Shown piece after piece: positions 37,301-47,400 of a stretch of DNA of 64,000 nucleotides (position 1 is its first letter; the number at the start of each line of letters is the position of its first letter). The stretch is from Bacilli bacterium. GTDB lineage: Bacteria; Bacillota_I; Bacilli_A; RF39; UBA660. The position numbers and the translations under genes are program-made. The DNA is taken from positions 13,667 through 77,666 of the forward strand of contig JAFUBW010000004.1 in NCBI GenBank assembly GCA_017459965.1. The letters are read 5' to 3'. The notes beneath the pieces are model-generated. The model saw only the letters and a program-made list of their open reading frames with translations, searched no databases and was not told the origin of the DNA.

Positions 37301-38983
37301 TTTAGTAATAGCAGAAAGTGAATGTCTTGCTTCTGCTGGATCAAGTGCACGTGATAATTCTAATGTATCTATTACTGGATTTATAAATTCTCCAAGGTTA
37401 TATTTTTTATATGCCATCTCAATAAAAGATGTATCAAATTTAGCATTATGTGCGACCATTGGAACATTAGTTCCACCAATCCAGTCTATAAACTTTTTAA
37501 CTCCTTCTTCTTCATTTATTTTACCCTTTAACATATCATCAGTAATATGTGTAAGCTCTGTTATTTTTTCAGGTAATTTTCTTTTTGGGTCAATAAGTTC
37601 ATCAAATCTATCAATTATTTCACCATTATGAATTTTAACTGCACCTATTTCAATAATTGAGTCTGCTCCACCGGCATTAAAACCTGTTGTTTCTAAGTCA
37701 AATACAACATATGTAGTATCAAGTAAATCATCATCAGTTCCTCTTATAACTATATCTACATTATCATCAACCATTACAAGTTCACAGCCATAAATAACTT
37801 TAAATGGTTCTTCTCCTTCTGATAAATCTTTATTCATACCTCTAACTAAATTAAATGCATTAGGGAAAGCTTGAACACCATCATGATCAGTAACAGCAAT
37901 ACCACGATGTCCCCATTTCTTAGCTTGTTTAATTAAGGTTTCTACACTAACTACTCCATCCATCTGACTCATCATAGTATGTGCATGAAGTTCAACTCTT
38001 TTTTCTTCTGATTTATCTTCAATTTCTGTAAATTTACTCTCTATCTCAACAATATTTCTAGCACTTAAAACTAAATCATTCGCATAAGTATCAAATGCAA
38101 CTCTACCATTAATTTTATACCAATTATTCTCTTTTAATAGACCATCAATTCTTTTAAAATCATCTTCATTTCTAAAAAATATTTTAACAAGCAAACTATC
38201 TGATAAATCAGAAACTTTTAAAGTAATAATCTTAAATGCACTTTTAGTGGATTCAAATAAATCCTTACCAAATATATATCCTTCAATAGTAATATCATTT
38301 GTTTCATTTGTAACTGTTTCTATTTTAACTGGATCATCATTTATTTCTACACCAAGAACTGCATTACTACCTTCAACTTGTTTAGTAGATGCCATTGGTG
38401 TCCTATCATTATTTTCTTTTTTTATAGGTTTATTACTAAATTCTTTTATGGCTTCCTTAGTTTCTTGATTCAATTCTTTATCTATTTCACTTGCTACTTC
38501 ACTTTTTTCATTAACTAATTCAGTAGATAGTAAAAAATTACTAAAACCTATTTGTTTAAATTTATTATTTATATCTTTTATTTTACTTTTAATTACATTT
38601 TCTTCTGCTTTATTAAATGCTTCAAGTACCATTCCATTAGTAGTAAATTTAATATCTTTACCTAAAAAAATCATAGAAATAGCTTTACCTAGATTTAAAG
38701 AATTAATAACATATGGATAATATTCATTTACTTTTAAATTAGTAAGATCATTTACATTAATAGTATAAGTAACACTTTTTAAATTAGGAAACGCTTCTTT
38801 TAAATTATTATCTAATACTTCCAACACTTCAATTGGTAATACTTCCTTAACATCAATAATAAAATTCCAATTTAGTTTATCTTTAGAACATTTTATTTTT
38901 ATTATTTTTCCATTTTCAAAATATTTATAACTATCTTTATCTAATTTAATTTTATCTAATAATAATTCTAATTTACTATCCAT
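34346..38983 (-). CDS. polC: DNA polymerase III PolC-type alpha subunit
   Basis: PHP domain (VELHAHTMMSQMDG), DnaQ-like exonuclease (YVVFDLETTGF, AHNAKFDTSF), zinc module (CPKC...CPVC) and the polymerase core. The ATG at 38983 follows GGTGG at 7 nt. Confidence 0.95.
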   Translation of the reverse strand: MDSKLELLLDKIKLDKDSYKYFENGKIIKIKCSKDKLNWNFIIDVKEVLPIEVLEVLDNNLKEAFPNLKSVTYTINVNDLTNLKVNEYYPYVINSLNLGKAISMIFLGKDIKFTTNGMVLEAFNKAEENVIKSKIKDINNKFKQIGFSNFLLSTELVNEKSEVASEIDKELNQETKEAIKEFSNKPIKKENNDRTPMASTKQVEGSNAVLGVEINDDPVKIETVTNETNDITIEGYIFGKDLFESTKSAFKIITLKVSDLSDSLLVKIFFRNEDDFKRIDGLLKENNWYKINGRVAFDTYANDLVLSARNIVEIESKFTEIEDKSEEKRVELHAHTMMSQMDGVVSVETLIKQAKKWGHRGIAVTDHDGVQAFPNAFNLVRGMNKDLSEGEEPFKVIYGCELVMVDDNVDIVIRGTDDDLLDTTYVVFDLETTGFNAGGADSIIEIGAVKIHNGEIIDRFDELIDPKRKLPEKITELTHITDDMLKGKINEEEGVKKFIDWIGGTNVPMVAHNAKFDTSFIEMAYKKYNLGEFINPVIDTLELSRALDPAEARHSLSAITKRYGVVFDEEGHHRADYDSEGTAIVLHKMLKKMRNQNFKKISDMNNLVPKDEIYKYGRTHDINILTLNREGLKNLFKIVSLANTKYIYKTPRILRSEIEKLRKGLLIGSGCYQSEVFKEASTKTEEELANIIKFYDYVEVQPVDEYCHLVPSVFENEAAVIKNIEKIVRVTKEAGKIIVATGDVHHLKKEDKIYREIIINQKVPGRGRHPLIRNSKGGNIPSQHFRTTDEMLENFEFLGKDLARELVITNPNKILDMTETFDVIIQTGGVPFSPRVKADDGKSYLDCPRVVTDLVYEKANDWYGNPLPYNIEERLGTELYGDIVLTSVKYYLDKNLSEEEKIKEGYKGLHEVILKGSDAVKDMVRNYLRDTSEEELSEEELEKLLKKNLGGVIGAGFDPIYLIAQRLVKKSNNDGFLVGSRGSVGSSFVATMMGITEVNPLSAHYRCPKCKKSIFEEDGKSLGATYSSGFDLPNKNCPVCCTEMIKDGQDIPFATFLGFNADKVPDIDLNFSDLNQAAIHEYTKVLFGVDNVYRAGTIGTVADKTAYGFTKGYFEDRGIEKRAIEIERLSKGVAGVKRTTGQHPGGIVVIPDYMDVYDFTPYQFPADDPTSAWRTTHFDYHKIEDDVLKLDILGHSDPTQLRMIQDMTGTDVSKVPLDDQETMKIFLGPEPLGVTTDQIMCNTGTLGIPEFGTKFTIQMVEDTKPKTFGELIKISGLSHGTDVWLGNAQELIRNEIVPFSEVIGCRDDIMVYLMYNGLKPITAFKIMEFVRKGRPSKPKDHDQWVEYEKILKEAGIADWYIESCHKIKYMFPKAHAAAYVTSAFRIAWYKVHMPVYYYASWLSCKATDVDVIAMIKGYDAIKERIIEIDEKGRDATNKEIGSRESLQLCLEATARGINFKNIDLYESEATTYKAPTETDIIPPFNSIDGLGDTVAHNIVEERKKSPFISIEEFQTRCKVSQTLIDKMRLMGIFGDMPETSQLSLF

Positions 38984-39095
38984 ATTATAACCACCCATCA
39001 TGTAATATTATTATATCAAATCAAACAAAATAATTAAATAATAAAAAAGAAGAAAATTATTTTTCTTCAAAATAAAAAGACGAATAATCGCCTTT

Positions 39096-42000
39096 TTACT
39101 CTGGTATTATATTTTTATTTGATATTGTAATTACTGGTCTTACTTCTTTTAATGTATTTGATCTTATCCAGTTACTAATATTAGTATCATATCCTGTTTG
39201 TACAGATGTATTTATTTTACTAGAATATTTAGCTAAATTTTTAACTATAGTAACATCTTTTATTTGTCCATAAGAATTATGTTGTTGATCTACATAAACA
39301 GTATTTTGAAGCCAGAAATCAGAATTACCATATAACCAAGATAAATCTTCTAAATCACTTAATTTTAAGTTATTATATTCTTTCTCAGTTAATAATCTTA
39401 CTTTGTATGTATTATAAATATTTGATTGACAAGTACCTTCACTCTTTAATGTTCCACCATAAGATGCTGTTGGTAAACCTGATGCATCATCACATATTAC
39501 ATTATCAATTAATATTGGTGTATTTAAAGTATTTGTACTTATATAATTAGTATTAATATATTTATTTATTAATGAATCACTCCATTTATATGTATCATTA
39601 TTTGAAGCTGTATGACCCATTTTTTCATTTGATGATGATGAATCAGCAAGTAAAGTTACATATTGTTCATCATCTGATATTTTTTCAGTACTAACTACAT
39701 GCCAATCAACACCAGCATAACTTACTGCTTCTCCAACTTTATATAAATTTGAATCAGCATTTGTATCTTCTGATAATTCTGGTTGATATGGTTCAATATC
39801 TAACAATATTACATTATTTATATATGATTTGTATTCTGTTTGTGGAGGTATATTTAATGTGATTGTTAAATATCTTGATTCCCCTGGTGCGATTAAATCA
39901 TTTTCTAATGAAACATTTTGTAATTGTCCATTTGAATAGAACCAACCAACATTTAATGGATCATTTTCATCAAATATAGCGCCTTCTGGAATACTTTCAT
40001 TTATTAATTTAACAAATCCTCCTGCTGTTGAATTATTTGTTACTTTTATACCATAATATACTTTTGCATATGCTTTTAAACTACTTCTTACATCTTCTTT
40101 AACTATTTTTTGATTTAGATATTCATGTGTTTCAAGTGTATTATTATATGTTAAATCTACTTTTGTAATATATTTATCAATATCAAATCCAAAATATTTT
40201 CTAGATATTAAACCAATATTCATATCTTCTGCAGTTTCAACATCTCTTGTTAATCTAATACCATCTGATTCATCTGGTGTTCTTTTATTACTAATTTCAA
40301 CTAAACCATCTTCTATCTTAAATGCATCAGAATCAACTGTTGTATCAACAGTTGCATATCTTAGTGTTAAATCATACGCTTCTTTATTATAACTAGCTCT
40401 TACTTTATATCTTCCAACATCTAAATTTTTAAATATATATTTACCATCTTTATCAGAAACAGTATCTTCAATTTTTGTTAAATTATTTTCTGAATCTAAT
40501 TTATATAATGTTAATGGAATATCTTTTAAATATGATTCATTATCATCTTCAACACCATTTTCATTACTATCAATAAATACTCTTCCAGAAATATTTCTTG
40601 ATACTACTCTTGCCTCTATCTTATTTGATTCATTTTGACTATATGTTTTTGAACCACCTACAAATGAATTAATATATTTATCTTCGTAATTATTATTTGA
40701 TGTTTTAATAGATACTTTAATACTATCAATTGAAGAATTAGCATCTATATTTACATTATCAATTCTAATAGCAGTTGCATCTACATAATCACTTGTTATA
40801 TTACATTCTTTAAAATCATTATTTGAATCAAGAACTTCATTTGTCAATTTAGAATATTCTTTAGTTGAACAATATACTTTAGCTGCTCCTAAAGAATCAG
40901 GCATTGTTACTTTAACTTTATAATTTCCACTAAATTTTGACCCATTTTTATCATTATTACTTGGTAAGATATCTAATATTGTATAATCATTTATATTAGA
41001 ATTTGTATTATTATATGCATCAAGTAAATAACTAAATTCTCCATTTTTTTCGATTACTGAACCTTCACTACCTATTTTTTGAGAAACTATAACATTTTCT
41101 ATACCAGCTGCATATATAGTTAAACTTCCATTTAACAATTCAAAATAGCTTGTATCTCTTTCCCCATTTATATTAATAGCCTCAGATCTACTTGTTACTT
41201 TTATTGGAACTGAACTACCTTTTATAGTTGGTTTTATAGTTGCTTTGAAATTAATATCTTTAATTTTCATATTTGGTTTTGTATATGGTAAAGTATAAGT
41301 TAATATTGTTTTACCACCTACTTGTGATACTTCTGGAGTTCCTAAAGCTTTATCAGGAATATAAGTTAATTCCTCAGGTAAAGTTACAACTACTTTTAAG
41401 TGATTTATATACCAAGTATCATCTGCACCTACATTTTCATTTTCATCATTAATTATAGTTTTAATATTATAATTAATTGTTGTTCCACTGTTAGCATTAT
41501 AATTAATTTTCATACTACCATCAGAATTTTTATTTGTTACAGTTATTGATTGTCTAGAAGTAAAATTAACTATCTTTAATGAATTACCCCAAGGACTATC
41601 TGTATCAATACTTGTAATATTAGTTCCTGAATATGTAGTTTTTCTATAGTTATCAGGGTTTGTAATACTATTTTCTGTGTTTATAATTCTTGGAGAATAA
41701 TATGTAAGTACATCATCATAATCAGATGAACTTGCTACTACAGCCATTTGATATGTTTTTGTTAAATCACTAACATTTCTTACTCTAACTCCTACATCAA
41801 CAGTTACTTTAACATTGTCAGGAAGTGAAATACCTTTTTTAGTTTGAAGAATTATTTTTGTGATTGGGATTTCTTTATTATCTTCAGTTTTAGCATCTAA
41901 TAAATTTTCAAATATTGATTCTATATCATTGTTTGCTTTAATACATGGCCCACCATATAAATTCATTATTTGATCATTTGATAAATTACTAATATTACTT

Positions 42001-43673
42001 GGACAAGTTGAACTTGCTAAAGATAAATCTTCTTGACTTAGTCTATTATCTATTGAGTTTACTGAATAATTATCATTTTTGAAATTTCCTGAAATAAATT
42101 TTATTTCAAAATCTTTTTCAGATAAATTTGATCCTTCTGGATTATCAATAGTTATTTTTATATCTTTATCATTAATAGGAATAAATCTATAAGCATTAGG
42201 ATCTATTTTAATTACTTCTTTTAAACCTTGATCTGATAAAGTTTTATTATAATTGAATGTTGTTCTTAATATTGTTGTAGTTCCTTTTGATACTGATCCT
42301 TTACCTGATGCATCTGCTAGTGCATTATAATTTTCATCAAGTATTTGTGTATTAAGTGAATAGTCAACATTCTCATAATATTTATTTACAACACTAGCTG
42401 TTACTGGTGAAACAGAAATACTTTGACCAGAAATATCTTTTGCACTTATATTATCAATTGTTAAACTATTTGTAATATCATTTCTTGAATCTGATGAAAC
42501 TCTTTCTGAAAACACAGTAATTGCATAAGTCCCTATCATATATTCAGAATTAGATAAATTACTATTATCTGCATTTACATTTGTTGGAGTATAATTAAAA
42601 TCATATCCGTCTATTGTAACGGTATTATATTCTTTAGAAATATTACCAGGATATTTCACTTTTTTATCATTTATAGAGCCTGCACTATAAGGAAGTGATA
42701 TAGTAATTGGTTCAATACTTGATGTAGTTTCATTTGAATATAATCTTACCCATTCATTATTTATTAAACCAGTTGTTACATTTCCATTTTGAGTTGAACT
42801 CATATTAAATGTTATTTTATTACCATCTGGCACCATATAACCCTTAATACCAGTAGATTCATCTCCAACTAATTCCACACCTAACACATATGTTAAATAT
42901 CTACCTATTTTATTATCATAAGTTGCTTTTTGACCTTCACTTGTTTGAGGTAATAGTTTAAATTTTAAATTTGGAGTTTTTGATGATACTATAGTTGGCA
43001 TATAGTTTGTAAAACCTTGAGTTGTACTTACATTACTATAATTATTTGAATCACTATTATATTCATAATTATATGTATCAGATGAAGCATTACCTAAATT
43101 AACTATATAATTTGAATCAGTGTTTGTTGTTTCTTGAATTTCAAATTTAGGATTAATTTGTGTTCCATTAGGTGCCCCTAAAACATATATAGTTATATCT
43201 TTTTGAAATGATCCATATGTATCAATTCCATCAAAATTATAAGTATGAGTGTTTTCACTAGTATTAGCATTAGGATCAAAGGTTACATATTTTGAAATTG
43301 AATCCGGCAAAATAACCTTAATACTTACATTTCTTTCTTCATAATCATTATTATCATTTTTACCTTTAATAGAAAAATCAAAATGATATGTTATTGAATC
43401 AAATGATCTAACAAGTCTATTTTTATCATTTGAATCTCCACCAGCTATATAACCAGAATCTTTAGTATAAGATGAAGGATCACTATAATTCAATCCATCA
43501 TTATTAAATGCACCTGTACCTGTTGTAATACCAGTTATTTTTGCTTTATCAATAGCTACTTTATCTGCATATGCATCTGCCTTACCAACAAAATTATAAA
43601 TTAAAAAACTTATAACTAATAAAGCGATTATTGCAACTGCAAAATATAAATTTTTATTATTTTTTATTTTCAT
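39096..43673 (-). CDS. very large N-terminally anchored surface protein with SdrD-B-like domain
   Basis: About 1525 aa. N-terminal TM LYFAVAIIALLVISFLIYNFV and long Ser/Thr/Asn-rich beta-type regions. ISGRVFIDSNENGVEDDNESYLKDIPLTLYKLD...DKDGKYIFKNLDVGRYKVRASY...DSDAF is a typical SdrD B-repeat. No C-terminal sorting signal. Confidence 0.8.
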   Translation of the reverse strand: MKIKNNKNLYFAVAIIALLVISFLIYNFVGKADAYADKVAIDKAKITGITTGTGAFNNDGLNYSDPSSYTKDSGYIAGGDSNDKNRLVRSFDSITYHFDFSIKGKNDNNDYEERNVSIKVILPDSISKYVTFDPNANTSENTHTYNFDGIDTYGSFQKDITIYVLGAPNGTQINPKFEIQETTNTDSNYIVNLGNASSDTYNYEYNSDSNNYSNVSTTQGFTNYMPTIVSSKTPNLKFKLLPQTSEGQKATYDNKIGRYLTYVLGVELVGDESTGIKGYMVPDGNKITFNMSSTQNGNVTTGLINNEWVRLYSNETTSSIEPITISLPYSAGSINDKKVKYPGNISKEYNTVTIDGYDFNYTPTNVNADNSNLSNSEYMIGTYAITVFSERVSSDSRNDITNSLTIDNISAKDISGQSISVSPVTASVVNKYYENVDYSLNTQILDENYNALADASGKGSVSKGTTTILRTTFNYNKTLSDQGLKEVIKIDPNAYRFIPINDKDIKITIDNPEGSNLSEKDFEIKFISGNFKNDNYSVNSIDNRLSQEDLSLASSTCPSNISNLSNDQIMNLYGGPCIKANNDIESIFENLLDAKTEDNKEIPITKIILQTKKGISLPDNVKVTVDVGVRVRNVSDLTKTYQMAVVASSSDYDDVLTYYSPRIINTENSITNPDNYRKTTYSGTNITSIDTDSPWGNSLKIVNFTSRQSITVTNKNSDGSMKINYNANSGTTINYNIKTIINDENENVGADDTWYINHLKVVVTLPEELTYIPDKALGTPEVSQVGGKTILTYTLPYTKPNMKIKDINFKATIKPTIKGSSVPIKVTSRSEAININGERDTSYFELLNGSLTIYAAGIENVIVSQKIGSEGSVIEKNGEFSYLLDAYNNTNSNINDYTILDILPSNNDKNGSKFSGNYKVKVTMPDSLGAAKVYCSTKEYSKLTNEVLDSNNDFKECNITSDYVDATAIRIDNVNIDANSSIDSIKVSIKTSNNNYEDKYINSFVGGSKTYSQNESNKIEARVVSRNISGRVFIDSNENGVEDDNESYLKDIPLTLYKLDSENNLTKIEDTVSDKDGKYIFKNLDVGRYKVRASYNKEAYDLTLRYATVDTTVDSDAFKIEDGLVEISNKRTPDESDGIRLTRDVETAEDMNIGLISRKYFGFDIDKYITKVDLTYNNTLETHEYLNQKIVKEDVRSSLKAYAKVYYGIKVTNNSTAGGFVKLINESIPEGAIFDENDPLNVGWFYSNGQLQNVSLENDLIAPGESRYLTITLNIPPQTEYKSYINNVILLDIEPYQPELSEDTNADSNLYKVGEAVSYAGVDWHVVSTEKISDDEQYVTLLADSSSSNEKMGHTASNNDTYKWSDSLINKYINTNYISTNTLNTPILIDNVICDDASGLPTASYGGTLKSEGTCQSNIYNTYKVRLLTEKEYNNLKLSDLEDLSWLYGNSDFWLQNTVYVDQQHNSYGQIKDVTIVKNLAKYSSKINTSVQTGYDTNISNWIRSNTLKEVRPVITISNKNIIPE

Positions 43674-43765
43674 ATACACTCACCTATTTTCTATAATATT
43701 ATTATATCATATATAATATTGTTTTTTCAAGATATTTAAATAGAAAAAAAGAACAAAAATGTTCT

Positions 43766-44428
43766 TTATTTATAATCATAACTCCATGTTATTTTTGAAA
43801 CTTTTCCATGCTTATATGATATATTCAATCTTGCAATGTTTGATATACCATCTGATACTTGAGCGTCTTTATTAATGTATACAACTTCACTATTACTTCT
43901 TACAGCAACATACACATTATCTTTTAATTCAGAATTATTTAATTGTTCAATAGTATAATTACCGTATAAATAAGTACCTGTTGTATTTTCTATTTTAAAT
44001 TTTTTCATTACTCTAAGTATTTTATCATTTACCTTAATATTTCTATTAATTTTATATTTTTTAGATGTTATTTCTACCTTTACTAACATAAAATCATCAT
44101 AATTTTCTTTTAAAGTTAATGTAATCCCATCATAATATAATTTTTTATATTTATAATTATTTTCTGTTTCTTCTTTTTCCTTTGTTGGATTACCTAATTC
44201 TTTTTTTACTTTTGATTCTTTATCAGAAAATTTTAGATTATTCACAGTTAGATCTGACACTGAAAATATATCTTTATTATTCTTTCTCATTGATATATTA
44301 TTAAAAGTACCAAAATTTCTAGAAATTATAAGTAGAAGTGATAATATTACTATTATTACCACTGCTACTATAAATACTATTTTTTGACTTTTTTCATCTA
44401 ACATTATTTTTTTAAATTTATCAAACAT
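43766..44428 (-). CDS. N-terminally anchored hypothetical protein
   Basis: 220 aa with one TM (IVFIVAVVIIVILSLLLII). No Cys or His-Cys-Arg triad, so it is not a sortase. Confidence 0.55.
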   Translation of the reverse strand: MFDKFKKIMLDEKSQKIVFIVAVVIIVILSLLLIISRNFGTFNNISMRKNNKDIFSVSDLTVNNLKFSDKESKVKKELGNPTKEKEETENNYKYKKLYYDGITLTLKENYDDFMLVKVEITSKKYKINRNIKVNDKILRVMKKFKIENTTGTYLYGNYTIEQLNNSELKDNVYVAVRSNSEVVYINKDAQVSDGISNIARLNISYKHGKVSKITWSYDYK

Positions 44429-44438
44429 AATACCCCAC

Positions 44439-47400
44439 CTATTTCTTTTTCCTTTGTAATAGCATTAAGCCAGTAATAACTGCTACTAAAATTGCAATTA
44501 TAAGACCATATCTTATTACTGTTGTACCTGTTCTTGGACCAATAATAAATTCTGCACTAGATGATGCTTTAATTTTTTCTGTTTTTGCTTTGTTTGAAAT
44601 TATAGCATTACCATAAACATTTCCACTATCATCTACAAAGAATGTAGCAACATTAGGATTTTTTCCAAGTTCTTTACCAGGTGCTGGTTTTGTTTCTAAT
44701 ATTCTATATTGTCCTACTTCCAAGTAATAAACTGTTGCTTTACCATCTTTAGTAGTAATAACTTTATTATCAGATTCTTCATCAACTTTATAGAATAATT
44801 CTCCATCTATTTCTTCTTGTGTAACAGTAATATCATGATATTTTTTGTTATCATCTAATTTTTGAAGTTTAAATTCTGCACCATCTATTAAATTGTTAAA
44901 TTCATCGTATTTATAGAATGTAAATGGTGTTGGTTTATTAACTAAATTTTTATATGTATCTCTAGCATATTTTTCATTTTCTTCTATTGTAACCATTGTA
45001 AATCTATCTTCTTTATTTTTAGGTAAAGAATATCCAGTTGGTGCCTTAACTTCTTCTATTATATAGCAATGACCATATTCTAAATATTGAACTAGTGCCT
45101 CTCCTTCATCAAGTTGAACTTGTTCTAATTCATCATTTACTACATTATCGAAATCAGCCCATGTTCCTAAGTAATCTGTATAAGTTAATTTTGTTACTTG
45201 ATTAAGTGGAATACTCTTACAAATACCATTATCATCAGAACATGTTTGTATTATATTTGTATCTGTTACTGGTCTTGATTCATAAACACCATCTCTAATT
45301 GTTTTTAATTTAAGTTCAGTCTTTGGTTGATTCATAGCGCTTAAATTAGCATCACAAGTAATACCTTCATATATTTTAAATTGTGCGCCTTTAAGTAATT
45401 TTCCATCATCAGAATATTTTCTGATTAATAATGATGTTGGAACATTAGGCATATCTATTTCATCAACATTAACTGTATTATTTACAACAGTAAATTTAGT
45501 TTGAGCATCTCTACCTTTTGGTAAAGTATAATTTTTAGGTGCGACTGTTTCAAGCAATACATAATTATAACCTGCTGGTAAATATCTTAAAACTAATATA
45601 CCATGATATGGATGTAAATCAGTTACATAATTTTTACCTCTTGCGACATCACTATCACTCATTGCATTATATACTTCTACTCCTGCTAGACCTTCTGCAT
45701 CTCTTGGATCTTCTTCATCACCACTTATAACTGCTCTTGGTGAAAATTTCATTAATTGTCTAACATTATCAGCATTAAGTGGATCTGAACTATCCGCAGG
45801 GTTACATTCTTTACCTTTTTTACATTGATATACCTGGAATGTTGTCGTTTCATCCGGTATTAAATAGTTATATTTAGAATCTCTTTTTTCAAATCTTACT
45901 CTAGTACCTTTATCATTAATTACTTGAGTTGATGATGAAGGTGTTGTTGTATTTCCACAGCAAGGAATATTATATTCTCTTGTTCTATCTGCTGGATCCT
46001 CAGGTAAAGTAAATACTGAATCTTCAGGAACAGATATTTCTTCTATGAAATATTGTTTATTTCTACATAAATGAGTAATTCTAATATGACCACCACATGT
46101 ATGTAATTCTTCAGTTAAGTTTGCTCTTTCTTCATCACTTAATAAATTTAAGTATTCTTGTGGAACATATCTATATTCTGCATAACTATCATCAGTTAAA
46201 CATGTACCATGATTACCAACTTTAACTAAACTCATGTAGTTTCCATTTGAATCTTTTAATTTGAAAACAATTCTATCGAAATCATTTCTTTCTTTATCAT
46301 TTTCAAAATCTACTACATCTGCTGCATCTTCATATGAATAGAAATCAGCCTTTGTAAAATGAATTTCTGTTGGAACGTTTTGAAGACCTTGTGTTGCAGA
46401 TTTATGAGTTGGACATGATGTCGAATTAGAAGATTCATTTGAACAATCTGTAACAGTAAATTTATAATCGCTTTCATTTTTGTATTCAGGATAATAGAAT
46501 CCTACACAAGCTCCATTATCATCTCTACAAGTACATGCCCCATCAGCACTTCCTTTTTCTTTTACGCTATAAGTACCTTCTGGTAAATGTTCTACAATAA
46601 ATTTTCTAACATCATTTAGATATAAATCTTGTGTAGCACCTGTTGTACCAGGACCATCTATAGTATTACCTGTGTATTGATATACACCACTTGCATCCTT
46701 TACAAATGATAATTTATTACCACTTGCATCATATATATTAAATGGTATTTTCTTTAATTGCTCTGTAGTTATAGTTTTCCATACACCACTATCACCACTT
46801 GAAACACTCTTAGTAAATTCAAATCTAGTTTTTAAATTTACAAATTTATTATTGTTAGTCATAGCATTAAATGTTGTAGTTGTTGTAATATTTTTTGATG
46901 CTTCTGTACCAAATGCATGGAATTTTGCTGGATCAGTTTCAATTACAGTATAATCACCTTTAGCAACTTTTAATATACAAGTTTCTCCATTAGCAGATCC
47001 AGTATTCATTGATTCTAATACTGAAGCTTGTGATTCACTTACTAAACCATCAAATACATAACATGTTTTAGTAACACCTGAGGCATCTTTTACTGATTGA
47101 GTACCATTAACTTTTATATATTGATTACCGTCTTTTTGTTTTACTTTAAATTTAGCACCATTAGCTCTTGTAGTACCATTTTCAGTAACTTTATACCAAT
47201 TTAGAAAATATTTCTTTTCCGGATATGTTGGTAAAGAATCTGCAGTAAATGTGCTAGGATCTGCTGCCTTACATTCTGCTTCAGCTTCACTTCTACTCTT
47301 TCCACAAGTCATTTGATTTGCTACTGCTTGAAGAGTACCACTATATAATTCATATCCTACTGGTGCAATTGTTTCATTAACATTAAATGAACCTTTTTGT

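Noticed and set aside
43766-44428. The 220-aa protein in the surface operon as the missing sortase for the GPRTG adhesin.
   Set aside because: It has no cysteine at all and no TLxTC-like motif or His/Arg catalytic context. It is not a sortase fold candidate on sequence grounds.
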